A stretch of 64,000 nt of DNA, from contig OZ193909.1 of the NCBI GenBank assembly GCA_964276515.1, forward strand, positions 13,516,001-13,580,000. The letters are read 5' to 3'. The position numbers were made by a program, and so were the translations under genes. The stretch is from Gordius albopunctatus (lineage: Eukaryota). Each line of letters begins with the position of its first letter. The first letter of the stretch is position 1. A model generated the notes under the pieces. It made no database searches, was not told the DNA's origin, and saw only the letters and a list, made by a program, of their open reading frames with translations. Shown in pieces: positions 1-13,900 of the stretch.

Positions 1-841
1 TCGTCGACTGATTTAATGAAGATAAATGATTAATATTATGTATCTAGGTAAGCTGGAGTGATTTTATTTACCCTTCTTCCTCGCATTTTCCTGGCTTTTT
101 GCAAAAAACTGCCACTTAATTAAAATGATAAATCCTCATAAAAAATAGAGAGAGCTTTTAATGTATTTTAGCCCAAATAACAAATTAATTTTTAGAATTT
201 TGAATTAGTATATAATATTTGAGGATCCGAGTGTCTTCAATATAACATGGAACTAGGTCAGTAACTCCCCAAATGTTGGTCTAAAGTCCTCAAATTTTGA
301 AACACCTTTGCATTATATGAATTTGCAGGATTTTGAGAGCGAGTATTTTTCTTTTTAATTTTCTCATAGGCTCATTGGCAGACCTTTTGGTTGCCCCCGA
401 GCTGAATCTCATTGAAAATTTTAGGCCGAAAATCATATCTCTAAAATATTAAATAATAACTTAGTAAAAAGTCTATAAAACACCTATATTTTTCGTGTCA
501 TTCACTTAAATTCTCTTAGCATTTAAAAGACATTTGAACTTTTACAAAAAAATTTAATCAGCATTTTTATTTATCCTTTTTATTAATTTTAAGGAATACA
601 TGAGCGAATGTATTGAAAAACATATTTTCCAGCTGTCTAAAGAAATTAATTAGCAAAGAAAAGTGTTAATTGTAGAACTTATTTTGACTTATCTAATCAA
701 TTAAAAGAATGAAAATTACATATTATATCAGATCAAATTTTGTTATACATTGTATGCTTAACAGATTATTGATAACTATTTCGAATATAGCGATATAACT
801 AAAGCTATTTTTGGCTTATAATAAAACTTTTTTACACGTAA

Positions 842-1179
842 GGGCTTGTCTTAATATCGGATTTAGCTGCGCAGCAAAAATCGTCGGACGGGTTATAACA
901 TAGCCCCGTGTCTTAACTTCGAATTCACAATAACATAACAGCGATTTTGTAAGATGCAAATTTTTTCCTAAGCTTAAATGTTGTATGTTGTTAAATTTAT
1001 AGGCATCGACAAAGTTTAGATTTAATATCTAGAGTTAAAATAAATAAGGAACGTTTTTAACTATCAAAAAACAAAATATTATTAATTGCAACCGAGTTTG
1101 ACTAATGAAATTGAATCGAATATTTAGACAAAGATAAATTCGCGCGATTTGAATCTGAATCCGATATTAAGACAAGCCC
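842..1179. mobile_element. PIF/Harbinger (Tourist-like) MITE
   Basis: 22-bp TIR GGGCTTGTCTTAATATCGGATT / AATCCGATATTAAGACAAGCCC flanked by a TAA target-site duplication; no coding capacity; diverged inverted copy at 46675-46992. Confidence 0.8.
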
Positions 1180-1822
1180 TAAGATTAATCAATTTTTAGA
1201 AGCTTAGAATTAAATTTAAAAAGCCAAATGTTTTATATCTTTTTTAATTTTATGCATTTCTTTTAGGAAGTATCAAATGTAATTAAATCGATATCCCTGA
1301 CACACTTAAGGAACAAGAGTCTACATTAAAATGTTAACATATATCTCAAATACATGAGAATTATTTCGAGACATATGACTAGTTTTAAAAAGTGTTGTAG
1401 TGAAATATAACATGCTAACGTTATTTTTATTGGAATCAAGGACATCACAATACTCATGACTGTTTTGATTTCTCCTTATTTTGTTTTACGAATTAAATAT
1501 TATAATTAGTTTTAAGTTAGCTAAATTAGGCGATCATATACTGAATTTCATTGTATTTTATTACAATTTTTTTTATAAATTAATTTCAAATAGTAATTTT
1601 TAGACTAAGACTATGAGAGATCGGGCTCTCTCGACCATAAAATATCAAAAAGGCGTAGACAAAAATTTTCGACCGATTTTCCTATATTTTTTTCTTAAAA
1701 ATGTTCTTGTCTACTATGTTTATTAGAGGGAAATATAGTATAGCAACACAGTTGATATATTTTTTGTAGGAGGGTTCAAAAAAGGCCACGCTTATAACTT
1801 CGAAAAAGGACTGGGGTCAACG

Positions 1823-2082
1823 CAGGGGCGTACGCAGGATTTTTCTGCGGGGGGGGGGGTTTAAATGAAAATCATATTAATTTTACAATTTATTTAAATA
1901 CAAACACATTCACAAAAGATATTTATTATAAACGTCATATCATATAATTTGATGAAATAGTATGGGAAAAAATTATCTGCAATATTTATTATATAATGCG
2001 ATATTAAAAAAGAAAAAATATTTTTTCGAAATCCGCGGGGGGGGGTTTGAACCCTAAAACCCTCCCCTTGCGCACGCCACTG
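1823..2082. mobile_element. hAT-type MITE
   Basis: Termini CAGGGGCGTACGCA ... TGCGCACGCCACTG with a perfect 8-bp TSD GGTCAACG (1815-1822 and 2083-2090). Confidence 0.8.
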
Positions 2083-4086
2083 GGTCAACGTGTCTTTCAA
2101 ATTAGTCTAAGGTATTCTCTCTTATTTAAGGCCAAAAATGTATACACAACTTTAGTGCATATGCTTAAATTGCTAAATTATGGCAAACTTATAGTTTTAT
2201 AAAATTTCATATAAAAATTTATAAAAAGATAAATGAGAAAGATTCTTTGTTCAACTTTAATCTGATATTATTTTTTTAGTTAAAAGAACATGTTGTTTAT
2301 TGTTCATAGGATTCAAAGTTAGTTTTTTGATAGCCATGAGTAATTTACAAAATTCAAAAATTTAAAAAGGGTTGCTTTAGCCCCAAATCTTATTTTCTGC
2401 ATAATATTTTCGCAATAAGTGTTAATCCAAATATTTTTGTGCCTAATATGTGCCTTAAAAAAAGTACATTTATGATTTAACTTTGAGGGCAAAATAAATT
2501 TAAATGACAAAATTGTTTGAGAGGACGTTTATGACCCCGGCAAGCATGTAGCCCGTTCTTCTCTAAATACATTTGAATAGCCTGATGCTAAATCAGGTTT
2601 TTAATTCCTTTGTGAACTTATTCTAGTTTTTATTAATTTTTAAAGTAGATTGGTAGTGATGATAGTGCTTGGCAAGGATGGCCATATTAGTTGAAGTGAT
2701 TAAGCAGCCTGAACGGATTATGCTGATTTGTGAAATTATTACCATATGGGATTGGTATCGTAAAATTGATACTAGTTCAATGATCGGTTTAAATTTAAAT
2801 TCATTCTCCACTGTAGTAACCTATATAATTTAAAATTAGCTTCCACATATTTGGCATAGCTGAGCATTAATCGAACGAATTTGATTTGTAATTGATAATA
2901 AATTTTATTTTGAAACCTATATTGGTAAATTTAAGGATAACTAATTGTGATTATTTTAAAAGTTACTAAGTTGATAAAGTGACTAAAAAGCGCTAAGGAA
3001 AAGGCGGGCAGTAGCCAAGACTATTAATAACGTGGTGACTAAAACAGTCCAGTCCAAGTTTTGTCATTTTTATGGTTTGGGCCTTGAAATAGTGATTACA
3101 AGAAAGAAACAAAAAATTAAACTAATGGGAAAAGCCTCATTTTGCTTAGGGCCTTTTAAATTCGAAAATGGTATCGATAAGGTCGGATATATTAGACACG
3201 GAAAATACTTGATTATTTTACCGTGGTTGTTTAAAAGGGGTGTAATGCAAGAAATTATTGTAAACTTTTTATTTACACACATGGTTATCTTTAAAATTTT
3301 GAATTTAAATTTTGCAGATTTAAAAAAATCGTTTTATAGCTTCGACTTTTGAATTGCATAACATTATTGGCAATAATCACTATATTTTTGCGACATCAAA
3401 TATTATTTACATCAATTAAAAATTTCAAGGGTAGGTTAAATAAAAGGTAGGTTTCGCCTTCAAGGTTAAAAACGAAACAAACCTATATATATTCCCGTTT
3501 TATGTCGTTTAAAATTAAACAAACCAAGTTTTTGAGATTCAAAATTCAGTCTTTTTTAGGTTCTAAACCTAGCAGTTTAAAGATATGCATTTTACTTATT
3601 TTTAACGTGGCAGATCTGGTAGTAAGGGGTAGGTAAAATTTCCTAGGCATAAATCAATCAATCACATTTTGTCGAAATAGGCTATACTAATTTTAACTTA
3701 CAAATAATAATCATCGCTACGTTGCATATATGTCATATGCTACATATCGTTAATTCATCTCAAGCCACAACAATCTACCTATAAGAAATGTTGCCACGTT
3801 CCATATATCGACGAAGATATATCATCAAAATCAAAATATTGAAACCCATATAGCCCAAAGGAAATGCGCAATTAATTTAAGGCGGCGGATGCGCCTTAGG
3901 TGCCATGTGAGGCCTAAGGTAAAATAGGGTTAGGTTGTTGATGGGGCTGAGAGTTGGTTTAAGGGCGCAGCTGTACAAACATTTTTGAGGGAGGGAACTG
4001 AAGGGGAGGAGTGTGTGTAAGGTAAAAAATATCGTCTCACTCGAAAGGTAATTTTAAAGTTTTACTCTCTTATCACTAAATATTTT

Positions 4087-4250
4087 GGGCGTAGCTAGGG
4101 GGGGGCAGGGAAAGGCGGCTGCCCCCCCTGTAAATCCAAAAATTTGTTGGAATTTATTTAAATTATGACTAAAATTCGATAAAATGCTCATTTTGCCACT
4201 TTCGAAATCATTTTTGGCTCCCTCTAATTTCAATGTTGGCTCCGCCCATG
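4087..4250. mobile_element. hAT-type MITE (CATGGGCGTAGCC family), diverged copy
   Basis: GGGCGTAGCTAGG ... TTGGCTCCGCCCATG termini; internal sequence shared with the copies at 18017 and 51236. Confidence 0.65.
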
Positions 4251-4313
4251 ATTTTGGTGACAACAAAAATGTTTGAAATCGACATATTTGAGGAAATGAG
4301 GGACGGGAGTTAC

Positions 4314-4453
4314 CATGGGCGTAGGCATGGCGCCCCCCCCCCTAAATGAGAATTTTTCTCTTTTTTAATGTAAATTTTTGTAAAAATTGGAAAAAATTAG
4401 TGTTTCGTCCCCCCCCCTAATTGAAATTAATTCAAAACCTGGCTACGCCCATG
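4314..4453. mobile_element. hAT-type MITE (CATGGGCGTAGCC family)
   Basis: TIR CATGGGCGTAG ... CTACGCCCATG with a perfect 8-bp TSD GGAGTTAC. Confidence 0.8.
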
Positions 4454-4936
4454 GGAGTTACTAATATATCTTTTAATTTGGAAGGTTTGAGGGGGGAAGC
4501 AAGGGCATAGGTAGGTAAAATAGTGTGCTTTTGTTTTTAAATATTACCTAGCTAACTTTTATTATTATAATATCCTGTGTGGTAAAATATATGGGAGGAG
4601 GAGGTGAAATGTAGATTTGCTTGCGCTATACGAAAAAAGATTAGAAATTCAGCACACTTTTTAGCGAATCCTTTTCCCCCTCTATCCGAAAAAATCAATC
4701 ATTTTCCCTCGCTTCCTTTCCCTTCCCTTATCATTTTCGCAGGCGCTAGCTGCATCGAGTTTTTTCCCTTAACTAATCTTAGCGCGTTTGCCCTTCGTAT
4801 ACATTTTAATTTCCCTTGCATGCCCATTTTTACGGAAATTTAAAATATTAAAGAGCTAATTATTATTTTTTAACTGCAGTTTCAAAATTCACATAACGGA
4901 TCATCTCGACTAAGGAATTAACCCTAATTTTTAAAA

Positions 4937-7900
4937 ATGCAAAAAATCTATAGCGAGGAACGACTCCCTATTCCCACAAGCTTGGCCAAACAACGGTTGG
5001 ATCGACAAAATTCATCGGATTGCAAAATGAAAGCCAAGCCCCAGGGGCTAAACATAAAACCAAAATTCGACTTCAAACAGTTATTATTTGCCCTAATCTT
5101 TTCCTATTCCCTATTCACCCATACGATTGGTAATAATTTATACAAACATATTATATTAGAAAAATTATCTAAATTTATATTTTCTATGAAATTTAAAATT
5201 TGCCATTTTTCTCACGTTGAATTATTCTTTTAATTCTAAACGTTAGAGATGAATTTTACATCATGAATGTTTAAAGTGACACGGATGCAGTTTGTGGTTT
5301 TTTCATATTAAATTTTCCTATTTGTACAATTAGATAATTCGGTTTTATAATACTATAAGCCAAAATACTTTTTTTTTAAAAATATTTAAGATATTTTTAT
5401 TTTTTTCCATTTATCATATAAAATGTTTGTATGCTATTTGTACCCTCGATAAAATTACAAATAATCTAAATTCTTAGAATTGATTGATATATTTGTTAGG
5501 CTATAGGAACAGCTGCTAAACAAATCATTTTTTACTCTCCTACTAGTATTAAGTGTGAAAGTCCAAAATTCGTTAACCTCCGTTTAAATTCAATATAAAT
5601 ATGAAGAAAAAAGGTTTTCATACATGTTTTATGTGATAAGTTAGTTCAAAAAATAGATGATAACTTCTTCTTTTCAAATTTAACACCTAAATTTCATATA
5701 CCTAGCTAGGGGGTTGAAGAAGGTCTTTCTCTAAATCGTTGACAATTTTATTATCACTAATAGCCACAACTAAATTCTACAAGATCGTTTTTACTTCCCT
5801 CTCTCCACTCAAAATGTAGCCTTATTGATTGACCCACTCTCCCATCCAAATTTAAACACATTCGCGTCAATGTTAAACATTTAGGCAACCAACATCTTAT
5901 AGGCTAAATATTAATACAAGCTCGGCTTCAAATGGCGAAATATTTATTCTTTTTTGGGGGCATATAGTAAAAGTTTTAAATCGTGAGGCGGGCGGCCCAT
6001 GGGCGTAGCCAGCGTTGGGCTTAGAGGGGGGTAATGTTTAGGGAAGGACGAAATGATCATTTTTTGAAATTTAACACATAATTTTTATAAATTTGAACAA
6101 ATTTTTGGATTTAGAGGGGCATCCGCCCCTCCCTGCCCCCCCCCCCCTAGGCTACGAGGCCCATAAAAATGCCAAAAAATGTTTTTAAATAAAATTGGTC
6201 GTGAATATAAAAATCGGGAAGGTAGCTTAACAAAAGTACTTGGATAAAATGTGCTAAGGCAAATCGAGACTTTAAATATCTTTTATGATTTGTGCTTTAA
6301 GTATTAATATTAATGCTAAAAAATGAATGTTTTGATGAATATTATTATACATTTGGAAATCACAAGCTGAAATAGCTAGGTATTTATTTGACCAAATTAA
6401 TCTCTAATTTAAAATTGTACTCAAGATAAAAAACTAGAGTTAAAATTATTATTCGCGATCTCAATCGCACATAGGTGTACAGAAGGGGGTAGAAAAAGGG
6501 AAAGTTACCCCCTTGGCAAAAATTAATAATTTTTTTTTATTAAAAAATAACATATTTTTAGATTGAAAGTTTTTATTCTATAGCTGAGTAACTGACTCAA
6601 AATGACATTTATATATAAATACCGATATATATTTTTTTATTTTTGAATTGAATTTCGACAAAAAGCCAATTAACCATTATTCTCTTTTTCCGATATCGTT
6701 TATTCACTTGCATTACAATAAAAAAAAGAAATTTGGAGCATTATTTCCCCACGAAATTATCCGAACCTTCTACATCTAAACCTAGTAATTCGTTGATCTA
6801 TTGATAAATATAAATACAAAAGCGGTGTATATTTTTTATTTTATTTTGCCAAAAGATAAGACATCAAGAATTTCATCAGGATTTGGGGCTAACTCCCGAT
6901 GAATCTTTAGGAGCTTAACCTGCTAAAATATATTTTAAAGATTTAATAAGCCTGCAACTATATCAGTAAAAAATGAAAAGCATTATTAATGATATCAGTG
7001 AATAGAAAAATGGCTCCGCCCTATAAATAATTTATTGAAATAAAAATGTTTTTGAAAAATTGAATTTACTACCGCCCGCAATCAGTTTAAACCGTCATTT
7101 CAATATCTCAATCATGTAATTTTAAATGCTGACTACTCCAATTCGAATCTGATCCAACCCGTAAATTAGGTTAGCTAGATGTTCGTGATTCTACGTCTTT
7201 CTAACCTTCAACACCATCATGCATCCATGCATCACATATTATAGAGCAGCAATACTAGCCGTAATTATGTGTTAACAGTTTCACATAACCTTCGAACCTT
7301 TAGGGCACCCATATGGTCTATCCTAATTGGCCTATTAAACGCACAGTAACTCTGAGCCTCATTTGGATTTGAAGGCTTTAACAAAAATTTAACCCATAGT
7401 CCCCCCGAACATTGTCGGGAATTGAATGATTGGTAATAAAATGACATATTGACTCGTCGATTAAATCAATAAGCTATTTGAGCCTTGGAAAATTGATATT
7501 AAGTTTTTTTAAGAGATGTCAAGGGAAGTGTTTTAACAAAGGGGAAATATTCAAATACGAAGTAAACATTTGTTGAAATTCAATCCCTTTTTATTTTACT
7601 TATTCTTACCGCGATATGACACGCGGCAGATCCACAAACTCGGAGATCATGATTAGATTACTTAATCAATGGCTTTAATTTGTTAGAGTTAAGATTTCTT
7701 TTGCATAAAAACCAACCAAAGTTGTTAACATCATTATGCAAGCCTAATTTTCGCTCTTTGCATAAAAGGTATGACAAAAATGAAATAGGTAATATTTATT
7801 ATAAGCATGTTTTTAAACAGAATGGAAATTTTATAAATCATTAGTTCAACAAGTAGTGTAGTAAAGCAACAAGCAAGCAGCTGTTGATAGGGGTGTAGAA

Positions 7901-10900
7901 GAAATTCCGTTATTTTTTTTATGTTATCTGTAGATTTAGCAACATAACTTAATTTTTCCGCCTACTCTCAGTCGTGTTCGTGTTACTTTAATATTGATAA
8001 ATAACCCTCTACCCGAAATCATAGAGTGCCTAAATTGTCTATTATTGGCATGGGTGTAGCCAGGGCCTCTAAAAACAAAAATTTGTTGAAATTATTTATT
8101 CTAATCATGGCTAAAATTTAAGAAAATGTTCATTTTGCCCCTCCCTATATCATTATTGCCCCCCCCCCTCTAATTCCAATCTTGGCTACGGCACGATTTT
8201 TTGTTTCGAAATGTACCCGACCCCGTTCAAATTATTTCTGTACTTCTTTATGAATGGCATGGCCAATTTTTATAAAGCATCAAAACGTTGTATAATTTTA
8301 ACGCATAAATTGTACTTTATTTTCTATGGCTAGAGCCCCGCACGGGCGACGCTAGAGGGTTTTGGGTCGGGCTCAGTTAAAACATAATAGAATGATCGGG
8401 CCTTGGCCTCGAGTCAGACCTAATGCTAATGGGCCAGCATGACCCAAAGCAACATAAGTCAGCAAATAATTTTAAAAAGTATTACAGGGTACAATTTTAA
8501 AACCCTCCTTCCTGCTTTTAATTATTTTTTGTTTAATAAAATAATAGTAAGATTATTTTCATTTAGTAAAATATGCTTATTTAAATGAATATGAAGTATT
8601 TGGAGATTTAAAAATTATATAAGTTAACCCATAAATTGCACAGGATTTATTAAATTTTTCCGTCAGATAAAAATTGTAATTTATAATTAGATTATTAGGT
8701 TTAAATAATTTAGTTTAGTTGATTAGATTCGTTTATCGTCATACTTATCTTTGTTATGAATTACCCCCTTGAATCTAATTAAAATAAATTTATATGTAAA
8801 GGTAAACTTCAAATTTAAAATTTGACTAAATGTTTTAAAAAACTATAAAATTCTGGGCAAGGCTCGGGAAAATTAAGAGTTATAAAGCTCAGACTGATGA
8901 AAAGGAATTTTGCACGGATCTAAATCAGGCTCAACCTGCAAATATCATGCGAGAACTACTATTTCCTAGTGGATCTAATTGAATTTGTCACCAAAATTTA
9001 AATGTCTAGTTAAAGAAAGACTCTTTAAAAATTGATATAAACATTTAAATAATGGCTTTGCACAACAATAACTTTTTAAGGACGTTGTTTTTTTTGTCCA
9101 TCTCACAATTACAAAATCTTTGGGTCAACCAGTATATATGGGTAAAAAGTGGAAGGCAAGGTTAAGCCTTAAGAACACTAACGATGCCATCTACGGGGTT
9201 TCTCAATTAACATAGAAAACCACTAAATTTTAGCAACATGTATGGCGGCAACACTAAATTATGACTTTTATTTTCGTTAAATGGTTTAAGCCTTTTTATG
9301 TGCGAGTATGCCTAGCTAGATCGCTTAAAGTCAACAGTTTAATTATTATTACTTGACGTACAGCTTCCTGCTTTGCTTCAACTTTTTCGCCTATACTTAA
9401 AGTTTTGGTTTGTATTAAGTAAATAAAGAGTGTTGGTTTAATAGGACATGATACTTTATTATAAAAAATCCTTTCGCTTACTGGGGATGCTGCTGGGTGG
9501 ACATATATTTTATCTAAACAACTTTGGTTTAAAACTTAAAACATTATCATTAAATTCCTTCTTTTTCCAATAGAATTAAAAACCCATGACACCAACGCCC
9601 TTAGGAACATAAAAATTAGAAAAATTAAATTACCTAAATTTCAAACTGTGCCCGGAAGATTTAGTCAACGCTTTTATTTGACACTCCAATATAAACTTTT
9701 AAGTTTACTATTTAATAGTGCTGTAAATGAACGCGTTCATGAACGGCGTTCTTTTATTTTTTGGTGAACTTTGAACGTGAACGCGTTCCTTTTTTTGATG
9801 AACGTGTTCGAATTTAACGTTCGTTTAATTTTAAAAACCCTTTTTTATTTTTATTTATTTAAAAATTAATGTGAATCCGAATTTTTAACAAAAAAGACTT
9901 ATATTTTTTAATCCGCTGTTTTTCCTGTTTCCTTAATGTTATTGAAAAAAGGGATTGATACCCCTAGAATTGATAATGAAAGAGCTGTCAATTCCGAGAT
10001 ATCATTTTTTGGCGAGGAAGTAGAGGGCGCATTAGAGGATGATATCTTGTCGCAATTTTTTGAAGCGAGGGACAAAACATTAAAAGTTTTAAATAAATTT
10101 CCTCCTCTGAAAAATTTGTTTATTAAGTATAATACTCCAATCCTCTCATCTGCCCCTGTGGAGCGGGTTTTTAGTATAGCTAATGCTGTATTAACTGCCA
10201 GCGTTCCTGCTTATCAGACGACAATTTTGAAAAACAATTATTATTAAAAATTAATAAGAAAATATATTATATTGATTTATAATTATATTGTCGAATCAAA
10301 ACTATTATTTTTTATCATGGCTATTTATTGTATTATATTAAATTAAATTTAAAAAAAATTTATCATAAAATTTTGAACGAACGTGAACGCGTTCGATTTT
10401 TTTACAAATGTTTTGAGCACTGCTATTTTGATAATTAGTGTATGTATACAAAACGAGGAGTTTATAGAAATGATAGTCTTTTAATATTATACTCTTAAAA
10501 TTATTTATCTTTTACCGTTATTCAAATCTAAATCTCATGAATCCCTTGTTATTTTAGTTCAATGCCAACAACCAAAACCCGAAGATATGACTCCCGAACC
10601 ACCAATAGTGTCAGAACCACCGCGTGACGTTAAATTGGCTGAATGTAGCGGGCGAAGTGCAACTGTAACGTGGCAAGAACCAGGACAAACTCAAGTCTTG
10701 AAATACGTTGTCCTAGGGCATAGGATAGGAGCCGACAAAGAAGATTTGGAAAAATTAGGTAATGATCATCAATTAATTAAAATTGTATTTATTTAATATC
10801 AATATACGCGATTATACGATGACAATTGCTAGAATTTAGTGTTTTAGATGAAGTGAGTACCGAAACAATTCGCTATCTGAGAACAAAACATTTTTGTTAG

Positions 10901-13900
10901 TATTATAATTTATCGCTTCATTAAATTAATATTTAGATGTATTAAATCTGATATTAGACCATGGGCTAAGGCGGGGAAGGTAAATCGGAGCCCCTTAAAT
11001 AAAATATAATTTTAGCTTAGTTCAAGTAATTTAGGAAATCGTCGGTGATTTCAGCCATAAAAATCAGCAATGAACTTTTTGCCTTCGAATATAAATCCTG
11101 GCAGCGATATGTATATTTAGATTATAGCTTAAATAATTATTAATTATATTTGCTGAACGGGTTTGAATTCTTTCTAATGTTTAAAGTTCTAAAAATAAAC
11201 AAAGTTTCTTAAAATTACCAAGAATTAAACCTTTGTTGTTGCATAAAAGCGAATTTAATACACTCGATTAAAATAACTTATACATATCTTTTTGCCTTTA
11301 TCATGTAACATCACCCCAATGACCCCCGCCAATTTCACGCCCTACATGGTGTTGACAAAGAACGGTCCTAAATATATTTTTAAACCTAAACCTATCTTTA
11401 ATGATGTAATTATCGATTACTCGCACTAAATTAATATAGGACACCTAATGATCAATAATACTTAAGCGTGCCCGTATTAGCAGCACTATGAAAGTTCTTT
11501 TGTTAATGACCCAATAGTCTCATTTTGTTGTGGCTGTTAATCCATAATTAATATTACAAATAGGTTGAATGAGAAAAAATCTAATCTCTTCTTTTAGCTC
11601 AAATGTTCAAGGCTGATGTGATTATTATTATCAGTTTGGATCCTTCTCGACCTGTTTTTCATAACTTCCATATAAAATATTTTAAAAAATATATAGCATT
11701 ATAATTATTTTTTGATGGGTCATAAGATATTGTTTTTGGACTGCTTAAATATATTATGCAGAATTGTTATCCAACTTTAAAATAAAAGCCAGCTTATGGG
11801 AAGAGTGATGGATAAAATTATAACTTATTAACTTTTATTAAAATTAAATTGGTTACCTTTAACAACCCTGAAACCAAGTTCACAAGTAAGACTTAGAATA
11901 GACGTGTTGGTGGACACTTAAACAATTTAGCTCTGCTACTTTCAACATGTTTAACACCACAAAAATATAGCGATTAAAATTATGTAATATCTACTTTGAT
12001 ACAGGTGAAGTACCGTTCCCTGGTAATTCTTACAGGACAGATCTGAGACCTGGTAGCAATTACACCTTCAAAGTTGCTACAGTTAATAACGACGAATTCT
12101 TCAGCGTGCCCAGCAACGAAACCGAAGTCTGTAATACGCCAGCCGATGTCCCAGATCACCACCCCTTAAACGTTGTCGGCAAAGGGACCGAGCCTAATAA
12201 CATGAAAATTAGCTGGGAGGTAAACAAAAAAGAGCTGAGTTTGGTTTTAGTCGAGTAAACATATGCAGACCAAAGTTTTTTGGGGTTGTTTTTCTTCCAC
12301 TTCTAGTCAAAAGTTGAAAAAGGGAGCAGAGTCGTCAGTCTTTTTACAACACTACTTTACATTGCACCGAATGACTATTTATAACGGCTATCCTCATGGA
12401 TATAGCCATTGGAAAAATGGGTTGACTAAAATTTAAAAATGATTAAGCGAGAGACAAAATGTTAATTGATTGCCTTTATTTTTAGCCATAATCAGCTTCA
12501 GCAGTATCAAACAATATTTTTTCCGATTTTAATGCTTCTCCCTGCCCTGAAAATTTCCAATAGCGCCCCGGCCCTACTAAAAGAGGGAAAGGGGGCGGGG
12601 GTCATCATAAAGTGTAGGACACATAGAACATAATTAAAATGTGCATTGGTCTAAAATTTTATTTATACCAATTTTAGTTTGGCCCCTGTTTTTACAAAAT
12701 AATTTAATTCCATGCTGGGCAAGTTGAGCATAGAAAAATTAATATCAATTTAATATTACTCATAAATTTATTTTCCTTTATACAATCTAAATATTCTTAA
12801 TTTCATAAATCTATGATTTATTTGTGACCAAATGACCGAAGCGAGATAGATATAGCGGGCTCCTTTAAGAATTTAAGTCTTAGCCTTTTATTACCTATAC
12901 ATAGCATCGTTTTTTCTCTACAGTTGACCGTAAAATGTTATAATCACGTGTCTTCTTCCCTAAAGTTCTTTCACGGATAATTCTCACCTATTTTACGCTA
13001 GGCAATGAAACCTGAGGAACACAACGGCCCAGGTTTTTATTATCAAGTCGAATATAAGCCTCGAGATCAGCCACAATGGGTGTCCGAAGACATTACCAAT
13101 GCGTCAGCGACGTCATTCACCGTTAAAGGTTTAATTAAAAATATAATAAATTTATGGAATACTCAAAAAATTTGTAAAAATTATAAAAGTTAGGTAAAAA
13201 TGCACACATATGAAATTACTCTCTGAAGGTTTCCCCTTTAAAAAAATGCCTATAAATGGAAAAATACGGTTGCCGTTCTAACATTTAATTTAGATCTTAT
13301 TGAATTCCCCATGTATTATATGCGATCAAAGTAAGAGGTGAAACATTACATAAAGGCGGCTCTTCTTTGTATAAAATTTATTTTTTATAATCTCAACCAA
13401 AAGAATCGTTTTCCATATTTGATGGTTTCGGGAAATAACACATGCGCCACTATGCTAACATTAAATAATAAATTTTCAATTCAAATCTTATATGTAAGTT
13501 AGTTATTTAGACTTAACTCGAATTTATATAGAGGGGGGGGGGAGCAGTTAGTCAGAAATTAAGAGAGTAATGAATAATAACCGGAGAATTTTTGATTTTA
13601 TTAAAATTGTTTTGAGATTTTCATTCCTATGCTCGCTACAAACATAACCTTTTGAAGTGTCGTCGTAAATAAATTATAAGAGTCAACTTTAATTGATAGC
13701 ACAATTCAACAGGTGATAAAGGCCGATTTGTATAATATATGTTTTGTAATCTACTAATAATAATTATATTTATAAACAGACTTAAGAAATTTAAGTTAAC
13801 TTGTGTAAAGTGTTAGGATCAAGCTAAATGGTAATTTATTTCAGAGTCATACCTTAAAAATTCAATAAATCAAAAGTTTTAAGTAAAAATTGCAGGTAGT

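Noticed and set aside
2600..2960. Possible old LINE reverse-transcriptase C-terminal remnant on the minus strand (FVRLMLSYA-like)
   Set aside because: Too short and degenerate to support without a profile search.
5130..10557. Hidden Ig-domain exons in intron 1 of the FN3 gene
   Set aside because: No open exon with Ig-type Cys/Trp or DxGxYxC motifs was found; the intron is AT-rich with MITEs. Very small exons cannot be excluded.
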